Of a stretch of DNA of 64,000 bases, positions 1 to 8,876 are shown piece by piece. Numbering within the stretch: position 1 is the first letter of the stretch; each line of letters starts with the position of its first letter. Source of the stretch: Arcobacteraceae bacterium (GTDB taxonomy: Bacteria; Campylobacterota; Campylobacteria; Campylobacterales; Arcobacteraceae); contig JBLWVX010000003.1 in NCBI GenBank assembly GCA_048268245.1, forward strand, positions 1-64,000. The letters are read 5' to 3'. A program made the position numbers and the translations under genes. The notes under the pieces were generated by a model that was not told the DNA's origin, did not search any database, and saw only the letters and a list, made by a program, of their open reading frames with translations.

Positions 1-147
1 GGTTCAAGAGAAGTGGAAAAATTCTAGGATTAGAAATTGGAGTGAGATTTATCCTCAACTTAGTATATTTTTCAGTGAGATTATGGAAAAATATACTAAG
101 TGATTAAAAAGTAACTGGTGGGTTTACACAGTTTAATTTACAGGGTC
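1..147 (+). mobile_element. Right end of IS256-family insertion sequence; terminal inverted repeat about 123-147
   Basis: TTTACACAGTTTAATTTACAGGGTC; reverse complement GACCCTGTAAATTAAACTGTGTAAA fits IS256-family ends (GA...TGT...TGTGTAAA). It lies 20 bp after the transposase stop. Confidence 0.75.
2..103 (+). CDS. C-terminus of IS256-family transposase (partial, runs off window start)
   Basis: Frame 2 reads VQEKWKNSRIRNWSEIYPQLSIFFSEIMEKYTK*. The KW..IRNW..I..QLSIFF pattern resembles the IS256 transposase C-terminus, and an IS256-like end follows. Confidence 0.75.
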   Translation, partial: VQEKWKNSRIRNWSEIYPQLSIFFSEIMEKYTK

Positions 148-280
148 CTAAAATCTCATGCATTGATTTTGTATAGTTATCTAAAATATGAAAGTACATC
201 ATCACACCTGTTGTTCCTATTACTAAAAACAAAAAAGCTGTAAATGATGTAGCTAGTTCTCTTTTTCTATGAGTTTTCAA
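148..280 (-). pseudogene. 5' part of a small membrane protein (DUF4405-like, His-containing) interrupted by the IS
   Basis: AGGAG RBS then TTG start at 280: MKTHRKRELATSFTAFLFLVIGTTGVMMYFHILDNYTKSMHEILG, which runs directly into the IS end. Confidence 0.65.
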
Positions 281-360
281 TTATGCTCCTTTTTTAATAT
301 TATTATAAAGAAGCTTTTTTAATAGCATTTAAATTCTAATTTAACATAATATTAACAATA

Positions 361-750
361 CTAATTAGTAAAGAGTTTTGTATTTTTCCCATCAAAACTT
401 ATTTGATTTTTTTTCTTCATATATGCAATATGTTCTTCCCATTCTTCATCTTTTTCTTGTATAGCTTTTGCTTTACAATAAAGTCTTAAAATATTAGCAT
501 TACCTTCAAAAGCACAAAACATTATAGTCATTCTTTCATCTTCTAGTAAGTGAGATGCTGTTTCATTTCCACTTCCAAAATAATTTAACCATAAAATTTC
601 ATTTTCATTTATAATTTTAAATGTATTATCTAAACCTTTTGGAGAAAGATTTATTTTTCCTTTTTTTGGTGCTGTTGATACAAAAAACATTTTTTGTTTT
701 TTTATAAAATTTATATCATCATTTGATAGTTTATTAGTAAAATTTGCCAT
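361..750 (-). CDS. Pyridoxamine 5'-phosphate oxidase-like (FMN-binding split barrel) protein, apparently internally shortened
   Basis: MFFVSTAP, INLSPKG, GSGNETASHL, RMTIMFCAFEG, ILRLY motifs; only 129 aa. Confidence 0.75.
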   Translation of the reverse strand: MANFTNKLSNDDINFIKKQKMFFVSTAPKKGKINLSPKGLDNTFKIINENEILWLNYFGSGNETASHLLEDERMTIMFCAFEGNANILRLYCKAKAIQEKDEEWEEHIAYMKKKNQISFDGKNTKLFTN

Positions 751-781
751 TTATATCCTTTGTACATAAATTTATCATAAA

Positions 782-829
782 AATACAAAATGTCTATATA
801 TTGACTAAAAGTCTATAATTCTATATAAT
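782..829 (+). promoter_or_regulatory. Sigma70 promoter (TTGACT-17-TATAAT) with two 15-bp operator-like boxes
   Basis: -35 at 801-806, -10 at 824-829; boxes AATACAAAATGTCTA (782-796) and TTGACTAAAAGTCTA (801-815). Confidence 0.7.
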
Positions 830-853
830 CATTCAAAAAATTAAGGAATATTT

Positions 854-1705
854 ATGTCAATAGGATTTATTGGACTTGGTAATTTAGGGAGTGCAATTGC
901 TACAAGACTAACTCAAATGGGTGAAGAACTTGTAGTTTATAATAGAACAAAATCAAAAGTTGAAAATTTAGGCTATGAAATAGCTCAGACTCCAAAAGAT
1001 ATTTTAAAAAAATGTGATGTAGTTTTTTTATGTCTTTTTGATTCTCCTGCTGTTGATAATATTTTAAATATGGAAGATGGTTTATTATGTGACGATTTAA
1101 AAGGTAAAACAATTATTGATTTATCTACAAACCATTATGAAGATGTACTAAAATTTCATGAGCAAGTAGAAAAAGCAGATGGAAAATATCTTGAAAATCC
1201 TGTGTTTGGAAGTGTTGCACCTGCACTTATAGGAGCTTTAACTTTAGTTGCTTCTGGAAAAGAGGAAGTATTTAATGAAGTTAAGCCACTTTTAGAAAAA
1301 TTTGGAAAAGAGATTTTCTTCCTAGAGAAACCAGCTGCTGCTACAAAAATGAAACTTATTAATAACCTTTGTTTAGGGTCATTCATGGCAACAATTGCTG
1401 AGTGTACCTCTTTAGCTCAAGATTGTGATATAGATAAATCTAAAGCTTTAGATATTTTAGGAGTAGGTGGCGGAACTTCACTTGTTTTAAATGCTAAAAA
1501 ACAAAAGCTAATAGATGAAGATTTTTCTGCACATTTTTCAAATGATGCAATAAATAAGGATTTACATTTATTACAAGATTTAGCTTATTCAATGAAAAAG
1601 CCACTTTATAGTGCTGCTATACCAAAAGAGCTGTTTTCAAAAATGAAAATGATGGGTAAAGGTGATGAAGATTTCTCTTCAATCTATCAACTTTTTAAAT
1701 CATAA
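854..1705 (+). CDS. NAD(P)-dependent beta-hydroxyacid dehydrogenase (3-hydroxyisobutyrate dehydrogenase/6PGDH family)
   Basis: GFIGLGNLG Rossmann motif, YNRT, IIDLST, PVFGS, catalytic KLINN. Confidence 0.9.
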   Translation: MSIGFIGLGNLGSAIATRLTQMGEELVVYNRTKSKVENLGYEIAQTPKDILKKCDVVFLCLFDSPAVDNILNMEDGLLCDDLKGKTIIDLSTNHYEDVLKFHEQVEKADGKYLENPVFGSVAPALIGALTLVASGKEEVFNEVKPLLEKFGKEIFFLEKPAAATKMKLINNLCLGSFMATIAECTSLAQDCDIDKSKALDILGVGGGTSLVLNAKKQKLIDEDFSAHFSNDAINKDLHLLQDLAYSMKKPLYSAAIPKELFSKMKMMGKGDEDFSSIYQLFKS

Positions 1706-1729
1706 TAGTAAAGCATAGGCTTTACTATT
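1704..1729. terminator. Hairpin terminator between convergent genes
   Basis: AATAGTAAAGC-ATAG-GCTTTACTATT inverted repeat. Confidence 0.7.
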
Positions 1730-2348
1730 TATCCTCTTTTAGCCATTTATAAATAGTTGCTCTTGAAATATCTAAAACCTCACACAGATAGCTTACTACA
1801 TTTCTAATAGAGAAAATACCTTCTTTATTTAAATATATAATCAACTCTTTTTTCTCTTTTATTTTTAAATCTCCAAGTTGTAGATTTTCTTCTTTTAAAA
1901 ACTTATTGATTGTATTATGAGTATGTTCTTTCCAGTCTTGAGAGAAAATAGTTTGAGGTTGCGAAGTTTTATCTTCAATATTTAGAAGCATCTTTAAAGA
2001 ATCATACATTTTCTCAAAAACTTCAACTTTAAAGTTAATACAGATAATCCCAATTGGTTTATTGTTTGTATCTCTTAAAAGAGTTGAAACACTTTTAAGT
2101 TTAGTTCCATCGATATTTGTTTTGTTATAAGGTCCTACTATATCTTCTTTTATAGATTCAAAATCTTTTACATCATTTAGCATATCATCACCTATTTCTC
2201 TTTTTGAAAAAGGGTTTACAATATGTACTAGTTTTTGAGTTTGTAAATCATGTAGTACAACTTCAACATTAGGGTAAAAAAGTTTTCCTATTGAGTCACA
2301 TAAAGGGGTAAATGTTTCTAAAATCTTATTCATAAAAACATGATACAA
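1725..2348 (-). CDS. YheO-family PAS + HTH transcriptional regulator (start may be ATG at 2333)
   Basis: EVVLHDL, SKREIGD, LKSVS, IGIICIN PAS-like region; C-terminal HTH GIFSIRNVV...ISRATIYKWL. Confidence 0.9.
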   Translation of the reverse strand: MYHVFMNKILETFTPLCDSIGKLFYPNVEVVLHDLQTQKLVHIVNPFSKREIGDDMLNDVKDFESIKEDIVGPYNKTNIDGTKLKSVSTLLRDTNNKPIGIICINFKVEVFEKMYDSLKMLLNIEDKTSQPQTIFSQDWKEHTHNTINKFLKEENLQLGDLKIKEKKELIIYLNKEGIFSIRNVVSYLCEVLDISRATIYKWLKEDK

Positions 2349-2361
2349 TAAAGAGCTTTAA

Positions 2362-2419
2362 AATACAGAATGTCTATATAGTTAATTAAATTGACAAAGT
2401 GTCTACAATAAAGTATAAT
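2362..2419 (+). promoter_or_regulatory. Consensus sigma70 promoter of lrgAB (TTGACA-17-TATAAT) with two operator-like boxes
   Basis: -35 at 2391-2396, -10 at 2414-2419; boxes AATACAGAATGTCTA (2362-2376) and TTGACAAAGTGTCTA (2391-2405). Confidence 0.75.
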
Positions 2420-2441
2420 TCAATTTTTTAAGGAATGACAC

Positions 2442-2792
2442 ATGTTAAAAGGAATTATTACACTTTTAGTTTTTCAGTTTTTAGGTGAATGTATTGCAAA
2501 ACTATTTGATTTATTAGTACCAGGCCCTGTTATAGGAATGGTTTTATTACTTATATTTTTAATTATTAGAAAAAGTAGCTTTGCAAGTTTAGATAATGCA
2601 GTTTTTATTCATCTTAAATATCTTCCAATGCTTTTTATTCCAGCTGCTATGGGTATTATAACTCAAATTGATATTATCTCAAAAGAGTTTTGGGCAATTA
2701 CAGTAGCACTATTTTTTGGAACGATTATAGCTTTAGCTTTTTGTGCAAAATTAATGGATTATTTAACTATAAGACAAGAGAGTAAAAAATGA
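2442..2792 (+). CDS. lrgA: CidA/LrgA family membrane protein
   Basis: FQFLGE, PGPVIGM, LPMLFIPAAMG motifs; 116 aa, hydrophobic. Confidence 0.9.
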   Translation: MLKGIITLLVFQFLGECIAKLFDLLVPGPVIGMVLLLIFLIIRKSSFASLDNAVFIHLKYLPMLFIPAAMGIITQIDIISKEFWAITVALFFGTIIALAFCAKLMDYLTIRQESKK

Positions 2793-3505
2793 ATATAGAT
2801 GCACTAATAGATTATATTTCAAATTCAACACTTATTTGGTTGATACTTACTTTAGGCTCTTTTAAACTTGGAATTATTGTATATGAGAAGTGTAATAAAC
2901 ATACTTTATTACAGCCAATTATTATTTCATACATTATTATAATGAGTGTGCTATTTATAACAGGTGTTTCTTATGAAGAGTATTTTAAAGGAGTTGAAAT
3001 AATTCATTTCTTTTTAGGACCTGCTACAGTTGCTTTAGCTCTGCCTTTATACAATAATTTGAAATATATAAAATCTTTATTTTTGCCAATTATGATAACT
3101 TTAGTTATTGCGGGAGTTTTCTCTATTTTAATAGCTGTTTTATTATTATGGGCTTTAGATGCAAATATGCCAACTATTTTATCTATGACTACAAAGTCAA
3201 TTACAGCACCAATTGCTATTATTACAAGTGAGCAAATAGGAGCTATACCTTCTCTTGCAGTTGGATTTGTAATTATTACAGGAATTATAGGAGCACTTTT
3301 AGGCACTTTTATTTTTAAAGTAATAAAAATAAAACACGATACTTCAAAAGGTTTTGCTTTAGGTGTAGTTTCTCATGGAATAGGAACAGCAAGAGCAATT
3401 GAGATAAGTCAAAAAGCAGCAGCCTTTTCAGCTTTAGCTATGGGCTTAAGTGGTATTTTTACAGCAGTATTTTTGCCTTTAATTATTCAGTTTTTAAAAG
3501 CATAA
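2789..3505 (+). CDS. lrgB: LrgB/CidB family membrane protein
   Basis: LGPATVALALPLY, KSITAPIA, SHGIGTARA motifs; overlaps lrgA stop. Confidence 0.92.
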   Translation: MNIDALIDYISNSTLIWLILTLGSFKLGIIVYEKCNKHTLLQPIIISYIIIMSVLFITGVSYEEYFKGVEIIHFFLGPATVALALPLYNNLKYIKSLFLPIMITLVIAGVFSILIAVLLLWALDANMPTILSMTTKSITAPIAIITSEQIGAIPSLAVGFVIITGIIGALLGTFIFKVIKIKHDTSKGFALGVVSHGIGTARAIEISQKAAAFSALAMGLSGIFTAVFLPLIIQFLKA

Positions 3506-3520
3506 AGAGGAGTAGTTTTA

Positions 3521-5986
3521 CTACTTTTCTTTATAGACTTTTACACAGTTTCTTCCTGCACTTTTTGCTTCATATAAAGCATCATCTACATTTGATAAAG
3601 ATTTATTTATAGAGTTGTTCTTTACTTCATAAAGTCCAAAACTTGCTGTTACTTTCATATTTTCATAGAAGTTGAACTTTTCGATTTTTTTTCTTAACTT
3701 TTGGGCTAAAATATAAGCTTCTTCTTCATTTGTAAATGGTGTGATTATTAAAAACTCTTCCCCACCCCATCTTCCAATAAAGTCGGTTTCTCTAATACTA
3801 TTTTTTAATAAGTTTGAAAACTCTTTTAGTATTTCATCTCCACATAAATGACCACAAGTATCATTTATCTTTTTAAAGTAATCAATATCTATAAGTATTA
3901 AAGATAAAGGTTTTTCATTTCTTTTTTTATTTTTAAATTCTAATTCTAAAATCATATCAAGTTTTGTTCTATTATAAATAGATGTTAATTTATCTATTTG
4001 TGAGATTTTTTCTAACTTTTTATTCATAGCTCTTAGTTTTTTGTTGGCTCTATAGATTATAAATAAGATTATAAATAATGAAACAGCAACTATATATAAA
4101 ACAATTTTTACTAAAAGTTCAGTATCTAATTTTTTCTCTTTTATGATAGTTAGCCATCTATTTAGTAGTGCTTCTTTTTCATGTGGCTTTACAGAATTAA
4201 TAGCTTTATTCATAATACTTTGAAGAATTAAATCATCTTTTCTTATGGCTATTTTTGATTTACTTGTAAGTTTTATTTTACCTGATATTTTTACATCATT
4301 TATTTTTGAGTTTTGTAAAGTATAAGCTAATGATGGAAATGAATCTATAAATGCATATGTTAGATTTTGTTTAACTTTTTCTAATCCATCTAAACTGTTT
4401 AATACTTCTACTAACTCAATTTTGGGGTATCTAAATTTTATTAGTTCTGCAATTGAATGATTTTTTATAACAGCAACTTTTTTACCATTTAGTGATTCAA
4501 TTGAATCGATAAATATCTCATTGTCTTTTGTAGCTATCACATTTGAAAACTCAAAGTAGTCTTGAGTAAAATTTAGGTGTGTTTCTCTATTTTTTGTTTG
4601 AACAGTATTTGGCAAAATATCACATTTACCCTTATGAATAAAATCTAAAGATTCACTCCATGAAGAGGTTTTTATAAGCTCAAAATTAATACCACTATTT
4701 TTTGAAAGTTGCTTCATGAAATTTGATATTATTCCAATAAAATTTCCATTTTCATCTATATATTCATAAGGTAAATAGTTTGGATCAATACACATTTTTA
4801 CTTTCTGTTTTTTTGTTAAGTATGAGATTTCATCTTGTGTTAATAAAAAGTCTTTACTTTTTATTTTCTCTAATTTTGCTTTTTTAAACCACTTCTTTTC
4901 TAATTCTTTTATCTCTTCTTTTGAGATTTTTTCTTGAACTTTTTCAATGATTGATTTTAAAACTTTATTTTCTTTATTTACTGTTATATAAAAACTAAGC
5001 TCTTTATCATCATGATTTTCCATGGTTTTTAGATTTGTAAATAGATGTTTATTTATATTGTAATCAAGAACTGTTTTTAAACCATAAGAGGCATCAGCTT
5101 TTTTAGTTGCTACTGCTTCAATCATGCTATAAGTATTAGTTGTAGGGTAGATATTGATTTTTGGATAGTTGTTTTTAACTCTATCATAACTATGATAGCC
5201 TTTAACTAAAGCCATAGTTTCACCTTCAAGCTCTTTGAAAGTATGCACATCTTTATGATCTAATCTTGTAAGCATGGCAAGAGGTGAACTAGCATAAGGT
5301 TTGCTTGTAAATAGAAATTTTTTTTCTCTTTTTTTTGATTTTAGAACATTTAGCATTAAATCAAGGTCATTGTTTTCAAGCATATTTAAAAAATTGTCCC
5401 AATTCCCTTGAACATACTGAACTTCAATTGCAAGCTTATTAGCAATAAGATTCATATAATCAATAGAAAAACCTTTTTGTAATCCATCTTCATTAAAGTT
5501 ATAAGGAGGTAGGTTTGAGTCATTTTGAACTTTTAATACTTTCTTATTTTGAAGGTACTGAAGTTCCTCTTTTGTGAATTTTATCTCTTCTTTAAAATAG
5601 ACTATTAGCTTTGCTACTATTTTATTTTCTTCATTTAAAATATCTGTTGAATAAAACTGCTTCGTTTTATATTTTGGGTCTTTTAAAACTCTATTTTTTA
5701 AAAGATACATTTGTTCATCTTTTTTATATGAACTATAAAGATATCTTCTATCTTGTTTGATTTCAAAAGCTACAATATTTGAGTAGTTTTCATAGTACAA
5801 TTTAAGTAAGTCTCTAATTCTGTTTTCGTTTTTTTGATAATTTGGTGTTAAGAAGTTAAGTTGATATGCTAAAGTATCAATATTTTTTTTTGTATTATTT
5901 TTTAGAATATTAAAATTCTGTGCATATAAGAAACTAAAAAACAGAGTAAAAGTTATATAAAATAATAGTAGTTTTTTTAATCTCAT
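3521..5986 (-). CDS. Diguanylate cyclase with two periplasmic solute-binding (PBPb) domains
   Basis: N-terminal signal/TM; two PBP repeats (NLPPYNF..GFSIDY; NYLPYEY..GII); second TM; DKLTSIYNR, DIDYFKKIND, GRWGGEEF, ALYEAKSAGRN. Confidence 0.92.
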   Translation of the reverse strand: MRLKKLLLFYITFTLFFSFLYAQNFNILKNNTKKNIDTLAYQLNFLTPNYQKNENRIRDLLKLYYENYSNIVAFEIKQDRRYLYSSYKKDEQMYLLKNRVLKDPKYKTKQFYSTDILNEENKIVAKLIVYFKEEIKFTKEELQYLQNKKVLKVQNDSNLPPYNFNEDGLQKGFSIDYMNLIANKLAIEVQYVQGNWDNFLNMLENNDLDLMLNVLKSKKREKKFLFTSKPYASSPLAMLTRLDHKDVHTFKELEGETMALVKGYHSYDRVKNNYPKINIYPTTNTYSMIEAVATKKADASYGLKTVLDYNINKHLFTNLKTMENHDDKELSFYITVNKENKVLKSIIEKVQEKISKEEIKELEKKWFKKAKLEKIKSKDFLLTQDEISYLTKKQKVKMCIDPNYLPYEYIDENGNFIGIISNFMKQLSKNSGINFELIKTSSWSESLDFIHKGKCDILPNTVQTKNRETHLNFTQDYFEFSNVIATKDNEIFIDSIESLNGKKVAVIKNHSIAELIKFRYPKIELVEVLNSLDGLEKVKQNLTYAFIDSFPSLAYTLQNSKINDVKISGKIKLTSKSKIAIRKDDLILQSIMNKAINSVKPHEKEALLNRWLTIIKEKKLDTELLVKIVLYIVAVSLFIILFIIYRANKKLRAMNKKLEKISQIDKLTSIYNRTKLDMILELEFKNKKRNEKPLSLILIDIDYFKKINDTCGHLCGDEILKEFSNLLKNSIRETDFIGRWGGEEFLIITPFTNEEEAYILAQKLRKKIEKFNFYENMKVTASFGLYEVKNNSINKSLSNVDDALYEAKSAGRNCVKVYKEK

Positions 5987-6045
5987 CTTTGTCCTTAGAT
6001 TATTTATATTTTACTACATAGTCTCTTAAAAGTAATATTATATCA

Positions 6046-6089
6046 ATATATCAATATGTCTTGATATATTAGAATTAATTAGATATACT
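6046..6089 (+). promoter_or_regulatory. Putative ArsR operator overlapping arsR promoter
   Basis: Perfect inverted repeat ATATATCAA-TATGTC-TTGATATAT (6046-6069); TTGATA (6061)-17-TATACT (6084). Confidence 0.75.
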
Positions 6090-6111
6090 TTCAAAAATCA
6101 AAGGAGTATAT

Positions 6112-6417
6112 ATGGATATTTTTCTAAAATCTGTTTCTGCGTTAAGTGATGAAACAAGAGTTAAAATACTTAAGTTTATAAATATTCATGGTTCTTGTTG
6201 TGTATGTGATTTGGAACACTCTTTTGATATGATTCAATCAAGATTATCAAGACATTTAAAAATTTTAAAAGAAGCTGGCTTTTTAAGAGTTGATAGACAA
6301 GGAAGATGGGCTTATTATAGTGTAAGAACTCCTCTTGATGAGTTTAGAAGCCATGCTATAAAAGAGATTATGACTTTAGATATTCAATTACCAAATCTAA
6401 TAAAGGCTTGTAGTTAA
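6112..6417 (+). CDS. arsR: ArsR family arsenic-responsive repressor
   Basis: ALSDETR, CCVCDL, QSRLSRHLKILKEAG, GRWAYY; heads the ars genes. Confidence 0.92.
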   Translation: MDIFLKSVSALSDETRVKILKFINIHGSCCVCDLEHSFDMIQSRLSRHLKILKEAGFLRVDRQGRWAYYSVRTPLDEFRSHAIKEIMTLDIQLPNLIKACS

Positions 6418-6767
6418 TGAAAGAGACACTTTTTGTTTATGGAACATTAATGCCAAACTGTCCAAATGGACATGTTTTAGAAAATATTGTAGGAAAATTT
6501 GTTCCTGCAACTGTAAAAGGAAAATTAATTGATGCTGGTTGGTCAGCTTCTATGGGTTATCCAGGGATTAATTTAGAAGCTGGTAATGATACAGTTCATG
6601 GTTACTTATTTTACTCTGATAATTTAATCGACAATTGGGATTATTTAGATGAGTTTGAGGGTGATGAGTTTTTAAGAAAAGAAGTAACAGTTGAAAGGTA
6701 TGATGAGTTAGAAGTAGATACTTTTATCTATACTCTAAAGCCAGAAGTTCAAGAAATGGAAGAGTAA
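6417..6767 (+). CDS. Gamma-glutamylcyclotransferase family protein (YtfP/AIG2-like)
   Basis: LFVYGTL, GYPG, VHGYL, LDEFEG motifs; TAATG stop/start overlap with arsR. Confidence 0.85.
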   Translation: MKETLFVYGTLMPNCPNGHVLENIVGKFVPATVKGKLIDAGWSASMGYPGINLEAGNDTVHGYLFYSDNLIDNWDYLDEFEGDEFLRKEVTVERYDELEVDTFIYTLKPEVQEMEE

Positions 6768-6788
6768 CCAAAGTGTTACTCTTTTTTT
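6761..6788 (+). terminator. Intrinsic terminator after the GGCT gene
   Basis: AGAGTAAC-CAAAGT-GTTACTCT followed by a T run. Confidence 0.65.
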
Positions 6789-6798
6789 ATAAACTCTC

Positions 6799-6818
6799 AT
6801 ATCAATATATCTTGATAT
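6799..6818. promoter_or_regulatory. Second putative ArsR operator upstream of arsB
   Basis: ATATCAA-TATATC-TTGATAT, nearly identical to the palindrome upstream of arsR. Confidence 0.7.
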
Positions 6819-6845
6819 ATAAAAATAAAAGAAATTAGGATTTAT

Positions 6846-8114
6846 ATGTTTTTAGCAAGTAGTATATTTATTATTACACTTATTTTTGTAATTTGGCAAC
6901 CAAAAAATCTTCAAATTGGAACAACTGCTGTTATTGGTGCAATAGTTGCACTTTTATTAGGAGTTGTTTCTCTTTCAGATGTTTGGATAGTAACTGATAT
7001 AGTTTGGGATGCAACTTTATCTTTTATAGGCATTATCATTTTATCTATGGTTTTAGATGAAATTGGTTTCTTTGAATGGTGTGCCTTAAAAATGGCGAAA
7101 TTCTCAAATGGAAGTGGAATGAAGATGTTTGTTTATTCTATTTTATTAGGGGCTTTCGTTTCTGCACTTTTTGCAAATGATGGGGCAGCACTTATTTTAA
7201 CTCCAATTTTACTAGCAAAAATGAGAATTTTGCAGTTAAATATGAAATCAATTATTGCATTTTTACTTGCAGGTGGGTTTATTTCTGATAGTGCTTCATT
7301 ACCACTTGTTTTCTCAAATCTTACAAATATCGTAACGGCAAACTATTTTGATATAGGTTTTGCTGATTATATGGCTAATATGATTATTCCTTATATTGTA
7401 AGTGTTTTAGCTTCCATTTTATTTTTATGGTTGATTTTAAGAAAAGATATTCCAAAACAAGTTGATATATCACTTCTAAAAGAACCAAAAACTGCTATAA
7501 AAGATGAAAGAATGTTTAAACTTTCATGGGTATTTTTAGCTTTACTTTTAGTTGGATACTTTGTTGGTGATGCTTATAATTTACCTGTTGCTGTTTTTGC
7601 TCTTGGTGGAGGAGTTATATTTTTACTTATTGCAACTGCTCTTAAAACTGTTGAGCCAAAGAGTATTATTAAAGAAGCTCCATGGCAAGTTGTATGGTTT
7701 AGTATAGGTTTATATATTGTTGTTTATGGACTTAAAAATGAGGGCTTAACTGATTATTTAACAGTTCTTTTACAAGACTTTGCCACAAGAGGAGATACAT
7801 TTGCTATTGTTGCAACTGGATTTTTATCAGCATTTTTAAGTGCTATTATGAATAATATGCCAACAGTTATGATTATGGATATAGCCTTAGATAATATGGG
7901 TGAGATGACAAATCAAGCCTTAGCATATGCAAATATTATAGGTTGTAACTTAGGGCCTAAAATGACACCATTTGGTTCACTTGCAACTCTTCTTTGGCTT
8001 CATGTTTTAGCTAAAAAGGGTGTAAATATCTCATTTGCTCAGTATAGTAAATTTGGTTTAATTATAACACCACCTGTGTTATTGATAGTATTATTAGCTT
8101 TGGCTATATTTTAA
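6846..8114 (+). CDS. arsB: Arsenite efflux membrane protein ArsB
   Basis: VIWQPK, GFFEW, FANDGAALILTP, SNLTNIVTA, MNNMPTV, LGPKMTPFGSLATLLWLHVL. Confidence 0.95.
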   Translation: MFLASSIFIITLIFVIWQPKNLQIGTTAVIGAIVALLLGVVSLSDVWIVTDIVWDATLSFIGIIILSMVLDEIGFFEWCALKMAKFSNGSGMKMFVYSILLGAFVSALFANDGAALILTPILLAKMRILQLNMKSIIAFLLAGGFISDSASLPLVFSNLTNIVTANYFDIGFADYMANMIIPYIVSVLASILFLWLILRKDIPKQVDISLLKEPKTAIKDERMFKLSWVFLALLLVGYFVGDAYNLPVAVFALGGGVIFLLIATALKTVEPKSIIKEAPWQVVWFSIGLYIVVYGLKNEGLTDYLTVLLQDFATRGDTFAIVATGFLSAFLSAIMNNMPTVMIMDIALDNMGEMTNQALAYANIIGCNLGPKMTPFGSLATLLWLHVLAKKGVNISFAQYSKFGLIITPPVLLIVLLALAIF

Positions 8115-8141
8115 ATTTAATTAAATTAGGAGAAGAAAATT

Positions 8142-8543
8142 ATGGAAAAAAAAGTTTTAATTTTATGTACAGGAAACTCATGTAGAAGTATTATCGCAGA
8201 AGCACTTATTAATGCAAAGTTAGATGGTATTAGTTCTGATTCAAGTGGTGTAAAAGCAAGTGGAAGAGTAAACCCAAATGCACAAGAGTTATTAACTCAA
8301 AAGGGAATTTGGAGAGATGAATATCATTCAAAAACTATCGATAAAGTGATTGATAATGAGTATGATTTAGTAGTAACTGTTTGTGACCATGCAAATGAGA
8401 CTTGTCCCATGTTTCCAAAGGTTACTAAAGTAATTCATGTTGGATTTGAAGATCCAGATGGAAAGGGTTTTGATGCATTTGAACAAACATATAAAGAAAT
8501 AGAAGAGGTATTATTACCAAAAGTTGTAGAGGCATTAAAATAA
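8142..8543 (+). CDS. arsC: Arsenate reductase ArsC (thioredoxin-coupled, LMW-PTP fold)
   Basis: CTGNSCRS P-loop, VTVCD..CP resolving cysteines, EDP motif. Confidence 0.92.
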   Translation: MEKKVLILCTGNSCRSIIAEALINAKLDGISSDSSGVKASGRVNPNAQELLTQKGIWRDEYHSKTIDKVIDNEYDLVVTVCDHANETCPMFPKVTKVIHVGFEDPDGKGFDAFEQTYKEIEEVLLPKVVEALK

Positions 8544-8866
8544 TGAAAACTTTAAAAATATATGATCCTGCTATGTGTTGTCCCACAGGAGTTTGTGGAA
8601 CTGAGGTTGATACAAAACTAGTTCAACTAGCAAATTTTCTGAAATCACTTGATAAATCAAAGTTTGATGTGAAAAGATATGGTTTAACAACTGAACCATC
8701 AGAATATGTAAGTAATAAAGAAGTTGCTAGAATTTTAAATGAAGAGGGTGTTGATAATTTGCCTTTATTTTTTGTGGATAATGAATTAGTTTTTAAAGGT
8801 GAGTATCCTCAAATTCCAGAATTAAGTGCAAAATTAGGACTTGCTTCTTTTGTAGCAAAATTTTAA
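8543..8866 (+). CDS. arsD: Arsenic metallochaperone ArsD
   Basis: IYDPAMCCPTGVCG motif; LPL..VD..G.YP. Confidence 0.95.
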   Translation: MKTLKIYDPAMCCPTGVCGTEVDTKLVQLANFLKSLDKSKFDVKRYGLTTEPSEYVSNKEVARILNEEGVDNLPLFFVDNELVFKGEYPQIPELSAKLGLASFVAKF

Positions 8867-8876
8867 GATACATAAA

